Notes under the pieces: generated by a model | The model's database searches: none | The model's input: only the letters and a program-made list of their open reading frames with translations | Told to the model about the DNA's origin: nothing | Made by a program: the position numbers and the translations under genes | DNA from: Pyrococcus furiosus DSM 3638 | Lineage (GTDB): Archaea; Methanobacteriota_B; Thermococci; Thermococcales; Thermococcaceae | Direction: 5' to 3' | NCBI RefSeq assembly: GCF_000007305.1 | Contig: NC_003413.1 | Location: 1,568,141-1,600,140, forward strand | Length of the DNA: 32,000 nt | Shown here: piece after piece, positions 1-7,750 of the stretch | Layout: each line of letters starts with the position of its first letter | How positions within the stretch are numbered: position 1 is the first letter of the stretch

Positions 1-378
1 TTTGTTGCATATGAAAGGGAGTTTGACTTTTTTGGAGAGATGATAGTTAATTTAAGAACTCCTCCCGGATATATGCCTCCAAAAGAATGGGACATCATTG
101 ACTTTGTTCCAGCATATGAAGTAAGTAGAACTTCTCCCCTTGTAAGAGCGTTCGTTAGAGCAATAAGGAAAGCAGGTTACAAGCCGAAGCTAAAGAAAAA
201 AACTGGCACAGCCGATACAAATATTCTCGGACCAAAGTATGGAGTGGATGCAATAGCATATGGGCCTGGAGATTCCAAGCTTGACCACACTCCCTACGAA
301 AGGATAAAGCTCAGGGAATACCTAGAAGCTATTGAAATCCTTAAAAACGCAATTCTCGAGCTCAGCTCAAACGATTGA
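1..378 (+). CDS. C-terminal part of an M20-family deacylase ([LysW]-lysine/ornithine hydrolase or acetylornithine deacetylase type). The 5' end lies outside the window.
   Basis: Frame 1 is open from nt 1, so the listed ATG at 40 is internal. The tail GTADTNILGP...AYGPGDSKLDHTPYERI is typical of ArgE/LysK-type metallopeptidases. Confidence 0.6.
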   Translation, partial: FVAYEREFDFFGEMIVNLRTPPGYMPPKEWDIIDFVPAYEVSRTSPLVRAFVRAIRKAGYKPKLKKKTGTADTNILGPKYGVDAIAYGPGDSKLDHTPYERIKLREYLEAIEILKNAILELSSND

Positions 379-406
379 CAAACCGCTACTTTTCTAATTC
401 ATATCT

Positions 407-421
407 TGACAAATTTTGTCA
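407..421. promoter_or_regulatory. Perfect 7-1-7 palindrome TGACAAA-T-TTTGTCA upstream of the aro-cluster TATA box; candidate operator.
   Basis: Read directly. The reverse complement is identical except at the central base. It ends 26 nt upstream of the TATA box at 448. Confidence 0.35.
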
Positions 422-447
422 TTTGGATAGGAACAGTTGCCCAAGAA

Positions 448-455
448 TTTAAATA
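448..455 (+). promoter_or_regulatory. Archaeal TATA box (TTTAAATA) for the wHTH/aro transcription unit.
   Basis: Matches the consensus-like TTTAAATA in an intergenic A/T-rich stretch. A near-identical module, CCAA(A)GAATTT(T)AAATA, recurs at 13498-13514. Confidence 0.5.
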
Positions 456-486
456 CTCTTTTTATTTTCTTTGTGGATGGTGATAG

Positions 487-551
487 GGTGATGCCACGCC
501 AATTTACACAGCAAAAGGTGATGCCCCGCCAATGGGTGATGCCCTGCCAAT
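487..551 (+). repeat. Three direct copies of the 17-nt unit GGTGATGCCNNGCCAAT (487-503, 517-533, 535-551).
   Basis: Read directly: GGTGATGCCACGCCAAT, GGTGATGCCCCGCCAAT, GGTGATGCCCTGCCAAT. A fourth copy is at 13539-13555. Confidence 0.9.
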
Positions 552-559
552 ATCAATAG
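491..559 (+). CDS. Hypothetical 22-codon upstream ORF (MPRQFTQQKVMPRQWVMPCQYQ) formed by the three repeat units; candidate leader peptide.
   Basis: The ATGs at 491, 521 and 539 are all in one frame, with a TAG stop at 557-559. There is no homology evidence; the call rests only on the repeat and codon pattern. Confidence 0.3.
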   Translation: MPRQFTQQKVMPRQWVMPCQYQ

Positions 560-846
560 ATAACGGCGGGGTAGATGTTCTAAGAAAACTACTTCTTAGA
601 GCTTTAAACGAAAATCAGAGGCTTATACTTGAAAGCATAAACGGCAAGCACAGGTCATTGAACGCTCTACTTGAGGAACTTAGCAGAAAGAAAAGGAAAC
701 CACTGTCAACCCTAAAGCTTAATGCAAGAATTCTGAAGGAGCTAGGATTGATAGAATACGGAACAAAGGATGATCCAAAACCCGTTAGATTGACTGAAGA
801 AGGAAAACTTGTTCTGACAATTTTAAGAGGTGATGGAAGTGAGTGA
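532..846 (+). CDS. Small winged-helix (ArsR/MarR-like) DNA-binding protein; candidate regulator of the aromatic cluster.
   Basis: The 104-aa ORF reads NQRLILESINGKHRSLNALLEEL...TLKLNARILKELGLIEYG...PVRLTEEGK, a pattern typical of HTH plus wing. It is the first ORF after the promoter, and its stop overlaps the transketolase start. Confidence 0.65.
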   Translation: MGDALPISIDNGGVDVLRKLLLRALNENQRLILESINGKHRSLNALLEELSRKKRKPLSTLKLNARILKELGLIEYGTKDDPKPVRLTEEGKLVLTILRGDGSE

Positions 847-1492
847 AGTTCTTACAGTAAAGTTAAAAGAGATGCTAAAGCCTGTTAATGGCTTCCACAT
901 GAACTCCTCCTTAACTTGCCTTAGAATACTCCAAGCAGTTTTAGAACTAAAGAAGGAAGAAGATACGATAATAATAAGCAAGGGACATTCAGCCCCAGCA
1001 TTCTACGTTTTGCTCTGGAAAATGGGACTAATAAGTGACGAAGAACTTATGAGCTTCGCAGAAATTGACGGACTTCCAAGCCACGTAACTAGAGGACTCC
1101 CCTTTATTGAAGTCTCTTCAGGATCACTAGGTCAAGGCCTCTCTGTTGCAAACGGTATAGCACTAGCTAAAAAGATGGACAACAAGAAAGGCAGAATATT
1201 CGTTATTTTAGGAGATGGAGAGCTAGATGAGGGTCAAATATGGGAAGCTGCCATGACAGCAGCTCACCACAACCTTGACAATGTTGTAGCAATTATTGAC
1301 AGAAATTACCACCAGCTTACAGGACATACTGAAGATATACTCGCAAAAGAACCGTTAGCAGAGAAGTGGAAGGCCTTTGGATGGGAGGTTAGGGAAGTTG
1401 AAAATAATGTGGAAAAGCTAAAGGAAACCATAATCGAGCTAGAAAAGATCAATGATAGACCAAAAGTCATAATAGCGAGGTGGAATTGGTGA
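833..1492 (+). CDS. Transketolase, N-terminal (TPP-binding) subunit.
   Basis: Contains the GDGELDEGQIWEA thiamine-diphosphate motif and SKGHSAPAFY. GTG 830 and ATG 833 are alternative starts. Confidence 0.9.
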   Translation: MEVSEVLTVKLKEMLKPVNGFHMNSSLTCLRILQAVLELKKEEDTIIISKGHSAPAFYVLLWKMGLISDEELMSFAEIDGLPSHVTRGLPFIEVSSGSLGQGLSVANGIALAKKMDNKKGRIFVILGDGELDEGQIWEAAMTAAHHNLDNVVAIIDRNYHQLTGHTEDILAKEPLAEKWKAFGWEVREVENNVEKLKETIIELEKINDRPKVIIARWNW

Positions 1493-2412
1493 TAGAAAGC
1501 TTCAGAGAAGCTTTCGGAAGAGCACTTGTCGAAATTGGGAAGAAAAGAGAAGAGGTTGTAGTAATTGATGCGGATGTAAAAGGCTCAACAAAGACAATAT
1601 ATTTCGAAAAAGCATTCCCAAAAAGATTTATCCAAGTCGGAATAAGCGAACAAGATATGATAGGAACTGCGGCAGGGCTTGCAATTGCGGGTAAGATACC
1701 AGTAGCCTCTGCATTTGCAGTATTCCTAATGAGGGCCTGGGAACAGATAAGAAATACCGTAGCAAGAGACAACCTAAACGTGAAGATAGTAGGAACCCAT
1801 TCGGGATTTTCAGATTACATGGATGGATCATCCCATCAGTGTCTGGAAGATATCGCCCTTATGAGGGTTTTACCAAACATGAAGGTGGTTGTCCCAGCAG
1901 ACGCATACGCAACAAAAGTGCTGCTCGAGCAGATTATAGACACTTATGGACCAGTATATATGAGGTTGGGAAGAGACTATGCTCCAAGGGTTTACGAGGA
2001 TGGGACAAAGATAAAGCTAGGAAAGGCCAATGTGTTAAGAAAAGGAAAGGAAATACTTCTAGTGGCAGCTGGAACTTTAGTCCATACAGCGTTAAATGTA
2101 GCTAAAATGCTTGAGAAACTGAATGTAGATGCGAGTGTTATTGACATGCATACAATAAAGCCACTTGACGAAAAAACTCTCTTGAACTATGCAAAAAGAG
2201 CTGAATTAGTTATTACCCTTGAAGAACACAGCATTTATGGAGGGCTAGGAGGAGCAGTTGCGGAGGTTTTGAGCGAAAAACTTCCCAGGAGAGTAGTTCG
2301 GATAGGAACAGTAGAGTTTGGACAATCTGGTAGGGATTATCTTGCACTTCTAGACAGGTATGGATTAACACCCGACAAAATCTACCAAAAAATTGTCCAG
2401 GTGGTGATGTAA
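1480..2412 (+). CDS. Transketolase, C-terminal (pyrimidine-binding) subunit.
   Basis: Contains FIQVGISEQDMIGTAAGLA and a C-terminal domain. The start may be GTG 1480, or GTG 1489 overlapping the upstream TGA. Confidence 0.9.
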   Translation: MELVIESFREAFGRALVEIGKKREEVVVIDADVKGSTKTIYFEKAFPKRFIQVGISEQDMIGTAAGLAIAGKIPVASAFAVFLMRAWEQIRNTVARDNLNVKIVGTHSGFSDYMDGSSHQCLEDIALMRVLPNMKVVVPADAYATKVLLEQIIDTYGPVYMRLGRDYAPRVYEDGTKIKLGKANVLRKGKEILLVAAGTLVHTALNVAKMLEKLNVDASVIDMHTIKPLDEKTLLNYAKRAELVITLEEHSIYGGLGGAVAEVLSEKLPRRVVRIGTVEFGQSGRDYLALLDRYGLTPDKIYQKIVQVVM

Positions 2413-2422
2413 TTTGAGCGTT

Positions 2423-3211
2423 ATGAAGTACTCAAAAGAATACAAAGAGAAGACCGTAGTTAAAATCAATGACGTTAAGTTTGGTGAGGGGTTCACAATA
2501 ATCGCAGGGCCATGCTCAATAGAAAGCAGGGATCAAATTATGAAGGTGGCTGAATTTTTGGCAGAAGTTGGAATCAAAGTTTTGCGTGGGGGAGCATTTA
2601 AACCAAGGACTTCCCCCTATTCCTTCCAAGGGTATGGAGAAAAGGCCCTAAGGTGGATGAGAGAGGCCGCTGATGAATACGGATTAGTAACTGTAACTGA
2701 AGTTATGGACACAAGGCATGTCGAACTCGTGGCAAAATACTCAGACATCCTCCAGATAGGAGCCAGAAATTCCCAGAACTTTGAACTCTTAAAGGAGGTT
2801 GGTAAGGTGGAAAATCCAGTTCTGCTAAAAAGAGGCATGGGGAACACAATACAAGAGCTGCTATACTCGGCCGAATACATTATGGCGCAAGGAAACGAGA
2901 ACGTAATATTATGTGAAAGAGGTATAAGGACTTTTGAAACAGCTACGAGATTTACACTTGATATTTCTGCAGTCCCAGTGGTGAAGGAACTTTCTCACCT
3001 ACCAATTATTGTAGACCCCTCCCACCCAGCAGGAAGGAGAAGCCTAGTAATTCCACTAGCCAAGGCTGCATATGCCATTGGAGCAGATGGTATTATGGTT
3101 GAAGTTCATCCAGAACCAGAAAAGGCACTCTCAGATTCCCAGCAACAACTAACGTTTGATGACTTCTTACAACTACTAAAAGAGCTGGAGGCCCTGGGAT
3201 GGAAGGGATAA
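2423..3211 (+). CDS. 3-deoxy-D-arabino-heptulosonate-7-phosphate (DAH7P) synthase, type I-beta, catalytic barrel only.
   Basis: Contains the [19 protein letters not shown] and DPSH motifs. The 262 aa from [10 protein letters not shown] match my memory of the P. furiosus enzyme. There is no N- or C-terminal regulatory extension. Confidence 0.95.
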   Translation: MKYSKEYKEKTVVKINDVKFGEGFTIIAGPCSIESRDQIMKVAEFLAEVGIKVLRGGAFKPRTSPYSFQGYGEKALRWMREAADEYGLVTVTEVMDTRHVELVAKYSDILQIGARNSQNFELLKEVGKVENPVLLKRGMGNTIQELLYSAEYIMAQGNENVILCERGIRTFETATRFTLDISAVPVVKELSHLPIIVDPSHPAGRRSLVIPLAKAAYAIGADGIMVEVHPEPEKALSDSQQQLTFDDFLQLLKELEALGWKG

Positions 3212-4206
3212 TTTTTGGAGATCTTTCAACACTTCCCGATTTGCTTTCTTCTCTTTCTCCCTACAAGGTAGTAGTTCTAACTAACACAACTCTAAAGGAA
3301 TTATGGCTCGAAGAAGTTCTAACGTGGTTAAAAGAGTTCAAACCCCAGACAATCGTTGTTCCAGATGGGGAAAAATACAAAGATTTAGATACAGTTAGAT
3401 ATATTTGGGAAAAATTACTAGAAATGGGATTTACACGAAGATCACTCCTAATAGGGTTAGGTGGAGGGGTTATAACAGACATTGCTGGTTTTGTTGCCTC
3501 AACATATATGAGAGGAACATACCTAGGTCTCGTTCCCACAACACTTCTAGCCCAAGTTGATGCAGCTATTGGGGGAAAAACTGGCATAAATTTCTACGGG
3601 AAGAATATAATTGGAACATTTTACCTTCCGAAATTCGTGCTAATTTGTAGGGACTTTCTCAAGACCCTCCCAATGGTGGAAATTCTTAATGGGTTAGCTG
3701 AAGTTGTGAAGTATGGAATACTAGACAAAGAAGTCTACAATGCAATTAAAACAATGAACTCTCCCAGGGAAATTGTAGAAAGGGAGGATATAATAAAGAA
3801 ATCTGTAGCGGTAAAACTGAGAATCGTAGAGGAAGATTTAAAGGAAAACGGAAAGAGGAGAGTTCTAAACTTGGGTCACACAGTAGGACATGCCATAGAG
3901 AAAATTTCTGACTACAAAATAAAACACGGCTTCGCAGTTTCAATGGGATTAGTTGTGGAAGCAAAAATTGGAGAAATATTGTATGGCTTTGATTCAGGGA
4001 AAGTTGTTGAGATACTAACTAAATTTGGTTTGCCTGTAAAAATACCCTTTGATCCATACACAACTCTTCAAGCCATGAAAATCGACAAAAAGGCTTGGTA
4101 CGGAAAGATAGTTATTGTTGTTCCGGTTGAGATTGGAAAAGCCAATATTGAGGAGGTAGATGAAAAGATAATTCTACAAGCGCTGGAGGAAGCTAAAAAT
4201 GCCTAA
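3199..4206 (+). CDS. aroB: 3-dehydroquinate synthase.
   Basis: Contains [19 protein letters not shown], the nucleotide-binding [11 protein letters not shown] and the metal site GHTVGHAIE. Confidence 0.92.
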
Positions 4207-4852
4207 ATTGGCCGGAGTTATAATAGCTAAAACCATTGAAGAAGCTGTAAAAAAGATAAAGCTACATGAAGCCGACCTTTATGAGCTTAGAGTAGATTAC
4301 CTGGAGAGCATGGAGAACATTGAACTCCTCTTACCTCATTCAAACAAGCTGATAGTGACCGTGAGGAAAGTAGAAGAGGGAGGAGCAAAACGCATTGAAG
4401 AACAAGAAAGGTTAAAATTATTTGAGAAGTTTGCAAAAATTAAACCTGCATATTTCGATGTTGAACTTTACTCAAATATCGTGGAGGATGTAATAAACCT
4501 CTCCTCAAAAATAGGGAGCAAAGTAATCCTATCATACCATAACTTTTCTAAAACTCCTTCATACCAAACTCTCCAATCAATTTTGGATTCGATGATAGAG
4601 CTTGAACCAGATATAATAAAAATCGTGACCTATGCGAGGGATTTTCGAGACAACATAGAGGTGATCAAACTCTACGAGAACAGCGAAAATCTAATTGCGT
4701 TTTGCATGGGCGAGAAGGGAAAAATTTCAAGAATATTTAGCGCCCTCTACTCTCCTTTTACGTATGTTAGCATTGACAATAGCGTAGCTCCTGGACAATT
4801 TACAGTTGGAGAGATGAGAAAAATCCTAGAATTGCTAGGTGAGACAAAATGA
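4199..4852 (+). CDS. aroD: 3-dehydroquinate dehydratase, type I.
   Basis: The length, ELRVDYL, SYHNF and IIKIVTYA are typical of type I DHQase. It lies between aroB and aroE. Confidence 0.88.
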
Positions 4853-5664
4853 TAAACGGAGAAACAAAAATTTATGGAATAATTGGCAATCCAGTAAAAC
4901 ACTCCTTGAGCCCAATAATGCACAACGCCCTATTCAAAAAATTTGGAATAAATGCCATTTACGTCCCATTCGAAGTGAAAAAAGATCTAAAGAATGCAAT
5001 AAACGGTGTTAAGGCACTTGACATTCAGGGAGTAAACGTTACAATGCCCTACAAAGAAGAAGTTATAAAATTCCTTGATGAGCTCTCCGAAGACTCTCAA
5101 AATATAGGAAGCGTAAACACTGTTGTGAACCTTGAAGGAAAGCTAGTGGGGTATACAACGGATGGAATAGGAGCCAGAAGAGCATTGGAGCGATTTACTC
5201 AGGTAGATGGGGCCAACATTTTAATTCTAGGAGCAGGAGGTGCTGGAAAAGCAATTGCATATGAACTCTCAAAAGTTGCAAATGTCGTAGTCTTAAACAG
5301 AACCATAGAGAAAGCCAAGAGGTTAGAAAAGTTTGGAATAGTGGGAGACTCCCTAGAAGCCCTCCCATATTATGTCGAGTGGGCAGATATACTGATTAAT
5401 GCAACCTCAGTTGGAATGAATGAAGAAAAAAGTCTAGTACCAAAGAATCTCCTAAGACCTGGGCTAGTTGTTATGGATATAGTCTACAAACCACTAAACA
5501 CCCTACTTCTTAGATATGCTCAGGAAAAGGGATGTATAGCTATTGATGGACTTTGGATGCTAGTCTATCAAGGAGCAGAGAGTTTTAGACTTTGGACTGG
5601 AGAGGAGGGAGACGTAGAACTTATGAGGAGGGTCGCCCTTGCGTGGCTTAGGGAAAGGAAGTAG
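4849..5664 (+). CDS. aroE: Shikimate 5-dehydrogenase.
   Basis: Has the N-terminus [27 protein letters not shown] and the Rossmann motif GAGGAGKA. Its ATGA start/stop overlaps aroD. Confidence 0.93.
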
Positions 5665-6460
5665 TGCAATAACTGTCGTTAATGCTTTTGCAACTGGAAA
5701 AGGCGGAGCTATTGGAATAGACCTATGGACTGAGGCCAAGGTAAAGATAACAGACGGAGAAGTTAAAGGGAAAATTCTTGTAAACGGGTTAGAATTCAAC
5801 GATTTTAGAGTAGTAAATGCCGTTTTGGATGTAATGAGGAGGTATTCTGGGATAGAATTTGGAATAGAGTTCGAGATAAACTCTGAAATACCCGTAGGAA
5901 AAGGTCTAAAAAGTAGCTCTGCCGTAGCAAATGCTCTTGTAGAAGCAATAGCAAGGGCTCTTCGCTTAAATATTCCCGGAATAAAGGTCGTAAAGCTTGG
6001 AGTTGAGGCAGCGAAAAAAGCAGGGGTAACATTGACGGGAGCTTTTGACGATGCTTGTGCCTCTTATTTTGGAGGTTTGTGCCTAACAGATAATCTAAGA
6101 GTTGAACTACTTAAGAGAATTGAAATTGATGAGTTGCCAGTGGTAATTTTAGTTCCAAATGAGACAGTTCTTACAGAAGAGCTGAAAGGGGTAGATTTCC
6201 TAAAAATAGCCCCCTATGTTGAGGAAGCATTCAAGCTTGCAATTAAAGGGGAATGGAAAAAGGCACTTGTTTTAAACGGATTGATATACTCAACATTTCT
6301 AAGCTATCCTCCTGAACCCATATCCAAAGCCTTACATCTTGGAGCTGTAGTGGGGTTAAGTGGAAAAGGACCAAGTGTATTTGCAATTACAGATGAACCG
6401 GAGAGGATAGAAGAAGTTTGGAGAGAATTTGGAGATGTTATAATTACTTCAACAAGATAA
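5639..6460 (+). CDS. aroK: Archaeal-type (GHMP-family) shikimate kinase.
   Basis: Contains the GHMP motif [15 protein letters not shown] and an N-terminus [12 protein letters not shown] like the M. jannaschii enzyme. TTG 5639 is the only start in the open frame. Confidence 0.85.
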   Translation: MRGLGKGSSAITVVNAFATGKGGAIGIDLWTEAKVKITDGEVKGKILVNGLEFNDFRVVNAVLDVMRRYSGIEFGIEFEINSEIPVGKGLKSSSAVANALVEAIARALRLNIPGIKVVKLGVEAAKKAGVTLTGAFDDACASYFGGLCLTDNLRVELLKRIEIDELPVVILVPNETVLTEELKGVDFLKIAPYVEEAFKLAIKGEWKKALVLNGLIYSTFLSYPPEPISKALHLGAVVGLSGKGPSVFAITDEPERIEEVWREFGDVIITSTR

Positions 6461-6509
6461 GACGAAAAAGATAAATCCTGAAACATGATTTATTTTTGGT
6501 GATACTAAG

Positions 6510-7706
6510 ATGAGAAAGGTAGGAATTACACTTTCTGTAGTTGCTCTAGTAATAATGGGATTTGTAGCAGGATGTATTGGTGGTACTCAAACCCAGGGAG
6601 AAAAAGTAAAGGTAGCAGTTCTCTTTGACGTTGGAGGGAGGGGAGATTTAAGCTTCAATGATATGGCATACTTAGGAGCAGAAAGGGCAAAGAAAGAACT
6701 TGGAGTAGAAGTTGAATACATGACTCCAAAGTCTCGTGAAGATATGGTACCTTTACTAAAGCAACTGGCTGAAAGCAAGGAATATGACCTCCTAGTTCTA
6801 ATTGGGTTCCTTTGGACTACTCCATTAGATCAAGTAGCAGATCAATATCCAGATCAAAAGTTTGCCCTCATAGACTCAACTACTGGAAAAGTTAGGGAGA
6901 ATGAAGTAGATATTCTCTTTAGAGAACAAGAAGCTGCAGCACTCATAGGCGTGATAGCCTCTGGAATGGCCTATGAACTTGGTGGCGATACCATAGGTGC
7001 TGTAGCTGGAATGGACATTCCACCACTTTGGAAATTCCACATAGGCTACCTCTATGGAGCAAAGTATTTTGAGAAGAAGACTGGGAAGCCCGTGAAGTTG
7101 CTCTGGCAGTACACTGGAACATTTACAGATACACAAGTTGGATACACTACTGGAATGCAACTGTTGCAACAGGGTGCCAAAGTTCTCTATGGCCTAGCAG
7201 GTCTAACTCACGTTGGAATGTTTGACGCAGTAATCGACTGGAATAAGCAAGGAAAGGGCAAAGCACTTGCTATTGGTCAAGACGCAAGTCAAGAGTGGTA
7301 TGCACCAGAGTATATCCCAATTAGCGGAGCTAAGAGAGTTGACGTTGCTGTTTATACGGCCATTGAAATGGTTGTCAAAAATCAATGGAAAGGAGGAATA
7401 ATGACCCTCGGTCTCAAAGAGGGAGGCGTTGGCTACTGGAATTTGGATGGAGTTAGGCAATTTGCAGAATTTGCCCAGGAGGGTGGAAAACTAAAAGACA
7501 TGACCCCAGAAGATGTTGTTAGAATAGTAAAAGAGCAGAGAGAGAAGTACATAAAGCCAGAAGTTTGGGAGATCGTGCGTGAGCTTGAGGAGAAGATAAA
7601 GAATGGAGAGATAAAGTTCAAGACACCACAGAGCCACGACGAATATGAGCAGATAATTAAGGAGTTAGAGAAAGGTAACTTAGATGCCGCCCTCGAAAAA
7701 GAGTAA
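6510..7706 (+). CDS. BMP/PnrA/Med-family ABC-transporter substrate-binding lipoprotein.
   Basis: Has a signal/TM segment ending in the lipobox-like VAGCIGG. The BMP-like core includes DVGGRGDLSFND. A GGTGAT Shine-Dalgarno sequence lies 6 nt upstream of the ATG. Confidence 0.85.
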   Translation: MRKVGITLSVVALVIMGFVAGCIGGTQTQGEKVKVAVLFDVGGRGDLSFNDMAYLGAERAKKELGVEVEYMTPKSREDMVPLLKQLAESKEYDLLVLIGFLWTTPLDQVADQYPDQKFALIDSTTGKVRENEVDILFREQEAAALIGVIASGMAYELGGDTIGAVAGMDIPPLWKFHIGYLYGAKYFEKKTGKPVKLLWQYTGTFTDTQVGYTTGMQLLQQGAKVLYGLAGLTHVGMFDAVIDWNKQGKGKALAIGQDASQEWYAPEYIPISGAKRVDVAVYTAIEMVVKNQWKGGIMTLGLKEGGVGYWNLDGVRQFAEFAQEGGKLKDMTPEDVVRIVKEQREKYIKPEVWEIVRELEEKIKNGEIKFKTPQSHDEYEQIIKELEKGNLDAALEKE

Positions 7707-7707
7707 C

Positions 7708-7735
7708 TTTTTATTACCCCTTTCTCTTCTTTTTT
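7708..7735 (+). terminator. T-rich tract (T5 at 7708-7712, T6 at 7730-7735) after the binding-protein gene; possible partial terminator.
   Basis: Oligo-T runs are the archaeal termination signal. The position after an SBP gene is typical. No structure is required or seen. Confidence 0.25.
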
Positions 7736-7750
7736 CAGGTGTGCCAAGTT

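Noticed and set aside
1467-1772. Antisense or alternate-frame ORFs from the six-frame track. Examples are 1467..1772(-), 1839..2105(+), 3261..3587(-), 7433..7849(-), 8620..9009(-), 9791..10276(-), 11962..12294(-), 13508..13789(-), 18768..19302(+), 20502..21208(+), 26120..26470(-) and 31116..31538(-).
   Set aside because: Each lies wholly inside a gene with strong family motifs on the other strand or frame. Their translations are low-complexity (Ser/Leu/Phe/Pro-rich) with no recognisable motif. This is typical shadow-ORF behaviour in A/T-rich coding sequence.
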